A stretch of 63,028 nt of DNA, the filler included, from Octopus bimaculoides (taxonomy: Eukaryota), in the NCBI RefSeq assembly GCF_001194135.2. It is 4 parts of 4 records of this genome, joined end to end, with 100 filler letters (N's around TTAATTAATTAA, not from the genome) between each part and the next. Parts side by side here need not be neighbours in the genome. Positions count along the whole stretch, not along the records: positions 31,107 to 59,178 come from NC_068983.1; positions 59,279 to 60,562 come from NW_026344995.1; 2 more parts are not named here. One strand, written 5' to 3'. Below, piece by piece: positions 49,101 through 59,389 of this stretch. The position numbers were made by a program, and so were the translations under genes. The notes below the pieces were generated by a model. The model saw only the letters and a program-made list of their open reading frames with translations. It ran no database searches and was not told the DNA's origin. How positions within the stretch are numbered: position 1 is the first letter of the stretch; every line of letters starts with the position of its first letter.

Positions 49101-52100
49101 TCTAGACATGAGTGGTCCTGAGACCAAGGCCTCTACCATGATTTTTAAGAAATGTGGTGGATGCTGGGGTTGGAAGAATCAGTGGAATGGCTGGCAAGGG
49201 TGAGTGGAGTGCAGTGGTATGGGTATGTGTTGAGGCAGGATGAGGAGCATGTTCTGAAGAGGGTGCTAGAGTTTTAGGTAAATGGACAGCAAAAGTGAGG
49301 TAGACTGAGGCAAATGTGGAGGGGGCAGGTGGAGGAGGAGGTTGGGAGGTTTGGCTTGAGAAGGGAGGACGCCCAAAACTGGGCAAGATGGTGTGAGGGC
49401 GGTTGCTATGGCATTGAGGAGATCTAGCCACCCTTGTTAACGGGGAGAAAACCCGGATTCAAAATGATGGATGGATAGGCAGGTGTACATGCTTCCCAAC
49501 CATGTGGTTTCAGGTTCAGTTCCATTGCACTGTATCTTGGGTATGTGACTTCTTCTATAGTCCTGGGTCAACCAAATCCTTGTGAGTGGATTTGGTGGAC
49601 AGACACTGAAAGAAGCTCTCTGTGTTTGTGTGTGTGTGTATATCTTGTGAAATCACATGAGTGTTGTAAATAAGCATTACCGTCCTACAATCAAGGTTGT
49701 TCGTTTCCAGTCTGCCACTGAAAACATGGCTATGAAGAAATATTACTTTACTTGAAAACAGGAAGGTCATTCTGTAGAAAATCTGCCTCAACATATTCTA
49801 TCCGAACCATGCAAACCTGGGAAAGTAAATGTTAAAACAATGATGATAAGACACATACAAACAAACATATATATAAGTATACACACATACATATATACAT
49901 GGACTCATATACATGTGTGTGTGTGTGTATGTATATATATATGTATATACACACACATGTGGAGGCGCAATGGCCCAGTGGTTAGGGCAGCGGACTCGGG
50001 GTTTTGATTCCCAGACCGGGCGTTGTGAGTGTTTATTGAGCGAAAACACCTAAAGCTCCACGAGGCTCCTGCAGAGGATGGTGGCGAACCCTGCTGTACT
50101 CTTTCACCACAACTTTCTCTCACTCTTACTTCCTGTTTCTGTTGTGCCTGTAATTCAAAGGGTCAGCCTTATCACACTCTGTCACGCTGAATATCCCCGA
50201 GAACTACGTTAAGGGTACACGTGTCTGTGGAGTGCTCAGCCACTTGCATGTTAATTTCACGAGCAGGCTGTTCTGTTGATCGGATCAGCTGGAACCCTCG
50301 ACGTCATAAGCAACGGAGTGTCAACAACAATACACACACATACACATGAACCTGTGCTGGTGCCACGTAAAAAAAAGTGTGCAGTACACTCTGTAAAGTG
50401 GTTGCCATATGGAAGAGCATCCAGTCATGGAAACTATGTCAAAACAGGCAGTTGGAGCCTGGTGCAGCTCCCTGGCTTGCCAAGTCCTATCAAACTGTCA
50501 AACCCATACCAGCATGAAAAGTAGATGTTAAATGATGATAATGTTGATGAACACATAGTATTATTATAAAAGATAGTGAAATAGCAGAAACATGGGGGCA
50601 TTGGACTTGTGTTTAACCCATAAAGCACTGGGATTTGCACTTACATAGCATGGACTGCTGAGCACATTTTATAAAAATAAGACTACCATGCACACATAAA
50701 AACCAAAAATAGTTTAAATGCCTTCTTAGTATATATTGGTGGCAAGTTTTACATCATCTGAAAAGTCATTAGTTGAACTATTAGTCCTCTTGCATTCTGT
50801 GGGGTATCGGAGCATTTGAGTGACATTAGACCCCAACAAATGCCCATAAATTAAATGCATCAGTCTGGGTCACAATCATGGCCTGTCAACCTGTGCCTGA
50901 CAGCCACGATTGTGGCCCGGCTCGCTTTATGTGTTTAAAGATAAATACTGATCATGTACTCAGGTTGATTGAATTCATTGTACTCTTTCATTACAAACTC
51001 ACACTCTTGTGCCAAATAAGAACATGTTGTTGTTGTCATTGTTTTGGTTGCCAGTGTTTGTGAACAGCAAATATGTCCCGGCAGACACAGCTGTAGACGA
51101 ATCTGCTTAAAAATATTGGTAAATGATTATCTGAAGTTCATTAATGTGGCTGTTTTGTCTTTACTGTAGGTGAAGAAGCTTCTTTGGAACATAGACTCCA
51201 CAGTGTTGCTCATATGGTGTGAAGAACTGAACAAAAATGAAAAACTCCAGCCAAAGTCTTTCAGTAAGTTTGAATGCCAAAGCATAAGACTTGATAGAAT
51301 ATTGCCTCGTGTAGTAATCAAACAAATACCAGTAATAAACTGGTATGATTCAATGAGCTATCAAGTGTGATGTGTGATTGCAAGAAAATGTTCTGGTGCC
51401 AAGATAAGAAGTCATTATTACAGCTTGTAGTGCAATATGTCTAGTATTAAATCTATGAGAGTGTAAGTTATTTAATTTACTCTAGCTAGTTTGTTATCCT
51501 TGACTAATTGAAAGGAAGAATTTTAGTATGACAGAAGGCCATTTGTTAAGCGCCTAAGCGACATTACGAAATATCAAGATAGATACTTCTCACTTATAGC
51601 ATAAAGAATGAAAATGAGTGATCGAGTGACAAAGATTCCTGTAACAGCTTGAAATCACTGAAAATCCCTTAAAATTTTGGGCGTTTACATCCTTCTACTT
51701 AAGGTTCTTTGAGTTTCTCGAAGCATCTTGAATCTTAATTTTTGGAACAAAAATTGATAAAATTCAAGACGTTTTTGCCTATATGTTAAATTGACCAATG
51801 ATGGTAGACTTTCTAACATTATTTCATTGATCTAACTAATTTCACACCAAAGGAATATTTCAGCATGTTAACAAACTAATCTGCCTGAATTTATGAATAG
51901 ATGTCTTTATTACCATGTCACTACACTGGTGTCACACAAATAGCACGTAAAAGCACCCATTACATTTTCAGTGTGGTTGGCATTAGGAAGGGCATCCAGC
52001 CATAGAAAACCATGCCAAATCAGACTGGTGTCTTGTACAGCCTTCCAGCTTACCAGCCCCAGTCAAACCGTCCAACCCATGCCAGCTTGGACAACGGACA

Positions 52101-55100
52101 TTAAATGATGATGATGATGATAGAGGATATATTATCATTGAGCGAGAGAGCAGTGCATACCATCAAAGTGATGGTATGTAACCCAGTATACCCATCATGG
52201 TTACTTGTCTGATAAGAGTACACTAGGTGCATGCATCACAATCATGTGCACAACATGGTGACATCATATCTGGATAAACACAACATGACCATGTAGGTGG
52301 GGCTGAGTTAGAATTTTCTGGTTGAGTAGCCCATCCCACTCAAAGGATCTCTAAATAAGGGTTGTTTAAGAGTGATGAGTGAAACACCCATGTTTCCAGG
52401 GTTGAATTTAAACTCCTCTCAACTCATGGCTACAATGCTCCCCCACTGTTTGTGATCAAAGATGCACATATTGTCAACAACTAAAGGACATGCTCAACTG
52501 GTTATGGTCAAGCAACTGACAAGCAAATCTGTGGTATTGAGCAGAATATTTGCTATAGCTCATCTTTTACATCAAGACAAAACAAGTACATTGTTATTCA
52601 TCATCATTATCATCATTTAACGTTCGTTGTCCATGCTGGCATGGGTTGGACAGTTTGACCAGTGCTGGCAAGCCAGAGACTGCACCAGGCTCCAGTCTGA
52701 TCTAACATATTTCTACAGCTGGATGCCCTTCCTAATGCCAACCACTTTGCAGAGTATGCTGAGTAACGGCCAATCAGTATTATCCGACAGCTTTATATTT
52801 ATGACCTTCCAGAATTTTGAGAGTTAAACTTGCAATCATCAGATTATGGCTGAATGGAAAAGTGTTGCTTAGCTTCTTTGCTATTGGAGGCCTGAAACCA
52901 CCACATCTGTCTTATATTCTGTTAAAAAAAAACACATGTATGCAATCCCTAGATGGAAGAACATCATAAAGGAGACAAAACAAGAACATGGCTTGCTCAT
53001 AAGCCCCCTCAGCCCCTTGGGTTGTTTTTTTTTATTTAGTAATCTTCAAATGGCTAAATGTTTACTCCAGTTGTATGCAATATTATTTAGAATGAAGAGA
53101 AGGAGCAAAGATTGTGGTAAGGATAGAGATTTGCAGACAAGATAAGGGAGGTAGGGTTTTTTTTGTTTTGTTTTTTAACCAGAAAGCCTGCAGTTTTAGT
53201 ATGTGTATATACATATACATTTTCTTTCAATATCTATATGTAATCAGAAACGGAATGGGTGCTGAACTACTACTACTACATATTTAGAAATAATACATTT
53301 CTAAATCTCTCAGAGAGATTTATGCAGTAGTGATGCGAGTTGTATGCTGTCAACTTGATGTGACAGTCCACTGAAGNNNNNNNNNNTGCAGTAGTGATGC
53401 GAGTTGTATGCTGTCAACTTGATGTGACAGTCCACTGAAGGGAATAATACTACTGTTGGTTAGACCTAGGAAGCTGCAACACTTCCTGTCAGCCTTAACA
53501 CATTTCCTGTGTCCTTATGGTTACATAAAGACAAGAGAATTGTGGACACATAAGGACACAGGAAATGTGTCAAGGCCGACAGGAAGCGGTGCAGCTTCTT
53601 AGGTCTAACCAACAGTAGTATTATTCCCTTCAGGGGACTGTCACATTAAGTTGACAGCATACAACTATTACATATTTGTTTTTAATTTGTACAATATATT
53701 GCCATGAAATTATATTTAACCTTTTTTTCTGTTTTTTTTTCTTTGCAAATTTTCTCCTCAAGTCCAGTTATGGACAGTTAACAATTATCACTGGTACCTA
53801 AAACAGAGTTTAGTCTTTGATCCAGCCAAAGAGAAGGAAGTTGCAGCTCTTCTATGGGACCCTGAACAAGCATACAAGCTGCATATTGTCACTTCAGATG
53901 GCTGCTATATGCATTACTCATGGTACTGGAACACTGTAGTCAGTGATGATAGTGTTGTGGCTGTCATTGATGGAGGTATGTTTTTTTTTTTGTTTTTTTT
54001 TATCATATCATATTTACTTCCATTTTTTCATGCTTGTATGGTTTAGACAAGTATTTCATCTCATTAATAATTAACTAAGAATATGGTTTGAATTTTTTAA
54101 TGTTGAACGATTTGAAGCTTTAAATTTTATTTTCTCTCGAACGAAAACTGAAAATTTATTTTAAATCTTATATTTCTTTTGTAGCTCAGATTTTGGTAAC
54201 ACCCATGGCACTACAGGTGGTACCACCTCCTATGTATACCTACAAATTACTACTTCCTGCTCCTGCCAACCAGGTGTTCTTTTTTCCATCATCACCATTG
54301 AATAACTATGGTATGCCCACAGCTGATATCGGTGTTCTTTTAGACAATGGAGTGATTGCATTGTTTACTTATCATGAAAACAATAGTAAGTTATTTTCCT
54401 ATGTTAAGGAGACAAACGTGTATACACACACACACACAATGTGCCTACAGCACACAAAAAAAGCATCCTCTAATTCCTCCCCCCCCCCCCCTATTGTGGC
54501 AAGACACCTGCTTCTGTCTCTTTGTCACATTCTATTTCTAACCTTTCATCCTCTGACACAAGTTTCTCTCCTCAAATGCTCCTGCCCCTCTCACAATTCC
54601 TTGTCTTGTGAGTTACTTAGTTACCCTGCCAGTGCTGGTGCCACATTAAAAGCATCCAGTCCACACTGTAATGTGGTTGGCATTTGAAAGGGCATCCAGC
54701 TGTAAAAACCATGCCAAAACTGACCTTCCCTGTGCTGGTGCCACATAAAAAGCACTGAGTCCACTCTATGGGGTGGTTGGTGTATAGAAGGGCATCCAGC
54801 TGTAAAAATCATGTCAAAACTAACCTCGCCTGTGCTAGTGCCATATAAAAAGCACTGAGCCCATTCTGCAGAGTGGCTGGTGTTAGGAAGGGCATATGGC
54901 CGTAAAATCCCTGCCAAAAACAGATACAGTAGCATAGAGTAGTTTTCCTACCTGGCCAGCTCCAGTCAACTGTCTTACCCATGCATGCATAGAAGATGGA
55001 TGTTAAACGATGATGATAATGATGATATACATAGAAACTATGCCAAAGAAGACATTGGACCCCAACACAGCCCCTGCAACCTGTCAAACCATTCAACCCA

Positions 55101-55909
55101 TGCCAGCATGGAACATGGATGTTGGGTGGTGATGATGATAATGATAGTGATGATGGCTGCAGTGTTGGTGGTGGCGAGGAGTTGTTTAATCATAGGTCCA
55201 TAGAGCAATGATTAAAGCCATTCTAACTGTGACAGCCCTGTCTTTTTTTTTTTGTCAAACAATACATCATGTGACTACATCATCTAGTGTTTTTTTTTTG
55301 TTTTTTCCTTCTATGATGGCAGCTGTTACTAGTAGCCTTCTCCACGAGATTTTTACACATGGTAATTCAAACTGTCTGTGTTTATTTCTTTATAATGTAT
55401 CCTTTCTGTATAATATTTCAATTGTATCTCATTTTTGTATTTGGTTTGCAAGATTCTTTATGTGAATTCGCGTGTTGAAGCATCTTTTATTGTATCTGAG
55501 AGGAGTCATTCTCTTTTAGTGCCTTATTTAACACACTCACCGGTTCATTTTCCACTCATTTACTTTTTTATTTTTTCTAAAATTTTCGTTGTATCTTGCA
55601 ACCTTTTCAATAGTCAGAGTCAATGACTATTGAAAAGGTTGCAAGACGCAACGGATATTTTCAAAAAAATAAGTAAATGAGTGGAAACTGAACCAGTGTG
55701 TGTGTTAAATAAGGCACTAAAAGAGAATGACTCTCCTCAGACAATAAAATTTCAATTGTAATTTTTCTAACAATAACTTTTGGCTTGACTCCAGTATTGA
55801 AATAACTCCACTTTGAAATATATCATAGCAATTGACCACAGACAAACCTACAACACTTTCCACTGGAGTTTTTTCAAAATTTGATTTTATTTATAATCAT
55901 TAAACCTTT

Positions 55910-55940
<31 letters not shown>

Positions 55941-57701
55941 TTTTTTAGTTGAATCAACCGATAAATCAGCTGTTGAAATATGTGGAGGCAAAGAATTTAG
56001 TATAAAATGTCCTCTTCCTTGCTTATTAGGCTCATTTGAGTAAGTAAATTTTATTACATATTGCATCACACTCTGGGACCAGTTGAGCACAAGGGTCAAT
56101 GTAATCAACCAGCCCCTTTCCTCCTCCCTTCTCCCCACCAAATCTCAGCCCTTGTGCCTATAGGATTAATATGTACATTGTTTGGTCTTGGTATAAAAGA
56201 TGGGATGCAGCAAATATTCTGCTCAATATCACAGATTTGCTTGTCAGTTGTTTGACCTTAACCTGTTGAGCATGTTCCTTAGTGGCTGACAATATATACA
56301 TCTCTGATCACGAGCAGAAGTAGTGGGGAATGTATTGAGAGGAATTCTTTGGGGTTTGGATAATTCACCACTGGACACATTAATGTTTCATCCAACACCC
56401 TTAAACAACCCTTATTCAGGGACCTTTTGAGCAAGATGGGCTACTTGACCTGAAGAAAATTCTAACTGGGCCCCACCTGCAAGGCCATGCACTGTTAATC
56501 TTGATATGAGGTCACTATGTCGCGTGCACATGGTTTTGATGCATGTGCCTGGTGTACCCTTATACAGGTAGTCATGGTGACTATATTGGGCTTCGTATAT
56601 TTGCTCCCCAGTGTTACTTTGATGGCATGCACTGCTCTCTCATTCAATAATAAGGCAACAGCAACTTCCTCTCAATGATTAGCCAGAGATGATTTTTAAA
56701 ATGAGAATATCTGAAATAAACTCGACTGCTCTCACAAACAAGAATATCAAAAATGAACCCGACCCCTCTCAAAAATTAAGTAAAATAGGCGGAAAAATAA
56801 TCCAGAAATCTAATCAGTTCATGCCAGTCATGAGGTTAAACATCCCTGAAAATTTCATCTGAATCCATTCAGCAGTTCTTGAGATATCTTGTCCACAGAC
56901 AAACAAATGAACAAACAAACACAATAATAATCATGATTATAATTTCCTCTTGTTTTTCAGACCAGTAGAAAACTATGGAACATTTCCATTATCGGTACAC
57001 ACAGTTTTGGGTATCAGTGATACAATTCTCATGTATTGCCTCCAGAAAGATGATACCAGTGTCCTCTGTGAAGTAACTCTCTCTCAAAAAGATAATACTT
57101 TTACTCAAAGGTTTCAATATATTTTTTTTAATTCTCTTTTATTAATTAGTTTTTTTTTATTGTTATTATCATTACGCATTTATTATTATCATTATTTATT
57201 TCTTTTTGCATTAATTACTATAAAAATTTATCGTTAGTTTTATTATTGAAGGTTTAGAATATTCAATTATATATATATATATATACAGGGTGGCCCAAAA
57301 GTAGGTTTACAGTTATTCAAAACTATCTCTTTCGCATTCATATATTAACCATTTAGATCTTAATTATAAAAGAATATGAAACCATCATTATATGCTTATT
57401 TAATTAATTGTAAGATAGAAATTTAAATGTAATAAAATGTTTTAAAAGAAATTTAAAGTGCCTACGCCATAACTGTAAACTTACTTTTGGGCCACCCTGT
57501 ATACATATACACAAATACACACATACAAACACAACATTGTTCTCCAGATCATTTTATTTACATAAACATTCTCTTTTCTTCTGGTTACCAGCTCTACACA
57601 GGTTGTACCTGACAATATCTTTAACATGATATATGCTGCTGCTGTTGTTAATACCATTTTCATACAAACCTTGCAGAGAGAAATCCTGGCATATGATATT
57701 A
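35452..57701 (+). CDS. ELP1: Elongator complex protein 1 (IKAP), first 14 coding exons, 3'-incomplete
   Basis: join(35452-35607,36587-36733,37971-38052,39881-39961,45017-45102,45234-45327,47104-47194,48598-48721,51170-51263,53763-53975,54185-54385,55949-56039,56961-57110,57592-57701) = 1720 nt, all GT-AG, phases consistent, no stops. Diagnostic motifs [47 protein letters not shown]. Confidence 0.97.
35888..36390 (-). mobile_element. RTE 3' UTR with modules, antisense in ELP1 intron
   Basis: Reverse complement of the 14793-15386-type UTR. Confidence 0.8.
36587..36733 (+). CDS. ELP1: ELP1 coding exon 2
   Basis: [17 protein letters not shown]...[12 protein letters not shown]; phase 0/0, |gtaagt. 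Confidence 0.9.
36799..36901 (+). mobile_element. Short RTE 3' end, sense
   Basis: CTGCCAGATCAGATTGGAGCC...GACGTTAAACGACGAT. Confidence 0.8.
37971..38052 (+). CDS. ELP1: ELP1 coding exon 3
   Basis: [27 protein letters not shown]. Confidence 0.97.
38735..39045 (-). mobile_element. CORE-type tRNA SINE
   Basis: CORE-like GAGTGTACTGGAGCAATGTAAAAGAAAGCGTCTT...; its 3' domain is shared with 49960-50330. Confidence 0.65.
39085..39760 (-). mobile_element. hAT-superfamily transposase pseudogene fragment
   Basis: [42 protein letters not shown]...[11 protein letters not shown] with frameshifts. Confidence 0.7.
39881..39961 (+). CDS. ELP1: ELP1 coding exon 4
   Basis: (G)[26 protein letters not shown]. 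Confidence 0.96.
41172..41800 (-). mobile_element. RTE LINE 3' fragment
   Basis: Reverse complement of the RT C-terminus, UTR and (GAT)n tail. Confidence 0.8.
41837..42629. mobile_element. About 790-bp fold-back element (arms about 385 bp with internal subrepeats, about 25-nt spacer)
   Basis: ATATAAGGAAAAGAATCTGAAAATGCAGG ... CCTGCATTTTCAGATTCTTTTCCTTATAT; the arms align along their length at roughly 90% by eye; ends read TA|AGG...CCT|TA. Confidence 0.92.
43345..43590 (-). mobile_element. Retroelement 3' end (CCC..GTGGC.AATAAAG family) with (ATCT)n tail
   Basis: Reverse complement reads CCCTGCGTGGCTAATAAAGAAAGATATCTATCTATC. Confidence 0.55.
45017..45102 (+). CDS. ELP1: ELP1 coding exon 5
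   Basis: (A)[28 protein letters not shown]. Confidence 0.97.
45234..45327 (+). CDS. ELP1: ELP1 coding exon 6
   Basis: [31 protein letters not shown]; the acceptor could be 45234 or the in-frame 45243. Confidence 0.93.
45352..45565 (+). mobile_element. tRNA-like SINE (GAGTTCAAATTCC family)
   Basis: GTGGCGAGCTGGCAGAA...CTGAGTTCAAATTCC; relatives at about 43775, 44430, 46585. Confidence 0.65.
46025..46560 (+). mobile_element. Two adjacent RTE 3' ends
   Basis: Near-consensus terminal motif plus GAT tail, twice. Confidence 0.75.
47104..47194 (+). CDS. ELP1: ELP1 coding exon 7
   Basis: (G)[29 protein letters not shown](K). Confidence 0.95.
47250..47565 (+). mobile_element. 3' end of a second RTE subfamily
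   Basis: [20 protein letters not shown] motif and GAT tail; second copy at about 49140-49480. Confidence 0.7.
48598..48721 (+). CDS. ELP1: ELP1 coding exon 8
   Basis: [41 protein letters not shown]. Confidence 0.97.
49960..50330 (+). mobile_element. tRNA-derived SINE, well preserved
   Basis: GGAGGCGCAATGGCCCAGTGGTTAGGGC head; 3' domain GAGAACTACGTTAAGGGTACAC...; (CAA) tail. Confidence 0.75.
50851..50938. ncRNA. pri-miRNA-like hairpin (candidate only)
   Basis: Upper stem 50867-50888 / 50898-50918, 9-nt loop, extension to 50862/50922, 10-bp basal stem 50851-50860 / 50929-50938; no match to a miRNA I recognise. Confidence 0.3.
51170..51263 (+). CDS. ELP1: ELP1 coding exon 9
   Basis: [31 protein letters not shown]. 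Confidence 0.96.
52131..52590 (+). repeat. About 460-bp interspersed repeat, inverted partner at 56172-56652
   Basis: For example CAACTGACAAGCAAATCTGTGGTATTGAGCAGAATATTTGCT versus GCAAATATTCTGCTCAATATCACAGATTTGCTTGTCAGTTG. Confidence 0.8.
53402..53666. mobile_element. Hairpin MITE-like element (about 118-bp arms, 29-nt spacer)
   Basis: AGTTGTATGCTGTCAACTT...CCTTATG / CATAAGG...AAGTTGACAGCATACAACT. Confidence 0.88.
53763..53975 (+). CDS. ELP1: ELP1 coding exon 10
   Basis: (I)[16 protein letters not shown]...[12 protein letters not shown]...VAVIDG; acceptor ctcaag|. Confidence 0.97.
54185..54385 (+). CDS. ELP1: ELP1 coding exon 11
   Basis: (A)[30 protein letters not shown]...FTYHENN. Confidence 0.96.
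54625..55030 (+). mobile_element. RTE-tail-type repeat with three tandem modules of about 95 nt
   Basis: GTGCTGGTGCCACAT.AAAAGCA...AAGGGCATCCAGCTGTAAAA x3 then GAT tail. Confidence 0.75.
55485..55749. repeat. About 265-nt palindrome (7-nt loop), MITE-like
   Basis: GTCATTCTCTTTTAGTGCCTTATTTAACACAC...TCTTGCAACCTTTTCAATAGTCA-gagtcaa-TGACTATTGAAAAGGTTGCAAGA...GTGTGTTAAATAAGGCACTAAAAGAGAATGAC. Confidence 0.9.
55949..56039 (+). CDS. ELP1: ELP1 coding exon 12
   Basis: (I)[29 protein letters not shown](E); needed to convert phase 1 to 2; |gtaagt. Confidence 0.88.
56172..56652 (-). repeat. Inverted copy of the 52131-52590 repeat
   Basis: Collinear reverse-complement similarity over about 460 nt. 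Confidence 0.8.
56961..57110 (+). CDS. ELP1: ELP1 coding exon 13
   Basis: [49 protein letters not shown]; tttcag| and AG|gtttca; poorly conserved region but the phases fit. Confidence 0.82.
57286..57499. mobile_element. Tc1/mariner-type MITE, 214 bp
   Basis: 31-bp TIRs CAGGGTGGCCCAAAAGTAGGTTTACAGTTAT (1 mismatch) flanked by TA on both sides. Confidence 0.9.
57592..57701 (+). CDS. ELP1: ELP1 coding exon 14
   Basis: (S)[36 protein letters not shown]; taccag| and |gtaagt; phases fit. Confidence 0.82.
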
Positions 57702-58439
57702 GTAAGTTATATTATTTTCTGATCCCTACTCAATGAGTTGTTCATTTTACACTGATTATTTCCATTTAACAATGTCCATTTTAGTGAAATTGCTTAGACG
57801 GTTAATATAATAAAGTACATTCCCAAAAGTCAGGACTGACTCTGAAAGTGAGGAAATTATAATACTTCAGGCATGGTTGTGTGGTTGAGAAGTTCACTTC
57901 CTAACCACACTGTTTTGGGTTCAATCTCACTATGCAACAGTTAGGGCAAGTGTTTTTTTACTCTCATCCTAGTCTTACCAAAGCCTTGTGGGTGGATTTG
58001 GTCAACAAAAACTGAAAGAAGCCCATTGTGTATGTCTGTGCATATTAAATTACAAATTTAAAGCAGTGCTAGTAATATAATCTTTATCAGTCACACATAC
58101 ATAATGTATGTGTTTTGTTTAAATGCCCATTTGCTGTGGGATAGTGTCCAAGGAGAGCTCCCTACATGACACTGAGTGTTAAAGAACACCAAGTGTCCCA
58201 GACCAGGTGAGACAACTCACTCTAAACTAATCGAAAATGGTAGATACCATTATTGTGGCTTATCAATATAGTGCACTTGGGTCACCTTGAAATGAAATGA
58301 ATCGCTGGTCTGTGACTTATATGCAAATAGGGTGAAGTTTGTTTGATGATGTGTTGCAGCATAGCATGCTTGAAAGAAAATTAATTTACTAATTAAAAAC
58401 AGTTCTACTAAGGTAAACATTATCAATCACACATACATA

Positions 58440-58590
58440 GTGGAGGCACATGGCTTAGTGGTTAGGGTGTCGGGTTCAGGACTTTAAGGATTGTGGTTTC
58501 GATTCCTGGACCGGGCGATGTGTTGCGTTCTTGAGCAAAACACTTCATTGCAGGTTGCTCCAGTCCACTCAGCTGTAGAAATGAGTTGAG
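58440..58590 (+). mobile_element. CORE-type tRNA SINE, 5' part
   Basis: GGCTTAGTGGTTAGG / GGTTTCGATTCCTGG boxes then TTGAGCAAAACACTTCATT...TTGCTCCAGTCCACTCAGCTG. Confidence 0.7.
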
Positions 58591-58824
58591 CCTGGAGGGG
58601 GATGGGCTCTGCCAGGCTTTCTCGCCCTAGATACACTTCATGGCTGCAGCACCCCCAATGACCCCCCCAAGGGGTTAAGGGACTTCTTAATTGTCAATAC
58701 ATAGTGTATGCACACTCGGCATTGTATAGGGAGCTTACCCTGGATGTTATCCCATAGCAAAAGAACATTTAAATAAAACACATTCACTCTGTATGTGTGG
58801 CCGATAATATATGCATGCATGCAT

Positions 58825-59178
58825 ATCATCATCATCATCATCATCATCATCGTTTAACGTCCGCTTTCCATGCTAGCATGGGTTGGACGATTTGACTGAG
58901 GACTGGTGAAACCGGATGGCAACACCAGGCTCCAATCTAATTTGGCAGAGTTTCTACAGCTGGATGCCCTTCCTAACGCCAACCACTCAGAGAGTGTAGT
59001 GGGTGCTTTTACGTGTCACCCGCACGAAAACGGCCACGCTCGAAATGGTGTCTTTTATGTGCCACCCGCACAAGCCAGTCCAGGGGCACTGGCAACGATC
59101 TCACTCGAAAATCCTACGGGAGCCAGTCAGGCGGTACTGGCAACGGCCACGCTCAAAATGGTGCATCTCATGTGCCAC
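58825..59178 (-). mobile_element. Young RTE 3' UTR copy
   Basis: Near-identical to 6965-7199; runs into a gap. Confidence 0.85.
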
Positions 59179-59278
59179 NNNNNNNNNNNNNNNNNNNNNN
59201 NNNNNNNNNNNNNNNNNNNNNNTTAATTAATTAANNNNNNNNNNNNNNNNNNNNNNNNNNNNNNNNNNNNNNNNNNNN
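59179..59278. other. Unsized gap with six-frame-stop linker
   Basis: 44 N + TTAATTAATTAA + 44 N. Confidence 0.95.
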
Positions 59279-59389
59279 CTTGTTGTTGTCATTGTTGTTG
59301 GTGGCTGTGGCATTGTTGTTGTTGATTTCTAAATCCCTGGTTCACACACTTAGCAACAATGTATGTGCCACATACAACACTTCATTCAC

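Noticed and set aside
53323-53440. 54-nt direct repeat on both sides of a 10-N gap (also 59606-59709, and 20345/20769 around a gap)
   Set aside because: Typical unmerged contig overlap; assembly artefact rather than a real tandem duplication
2813-58590. tRNA-like A/B boxes as tRNA genes; regularly recurring repeats as a CRISPR array
   Set aside because: The boxes are SINE heads lacking a full cloverleaf; the repeats are dispersed eukaryotic TEs without repeat-spacer periodicity or cas genes
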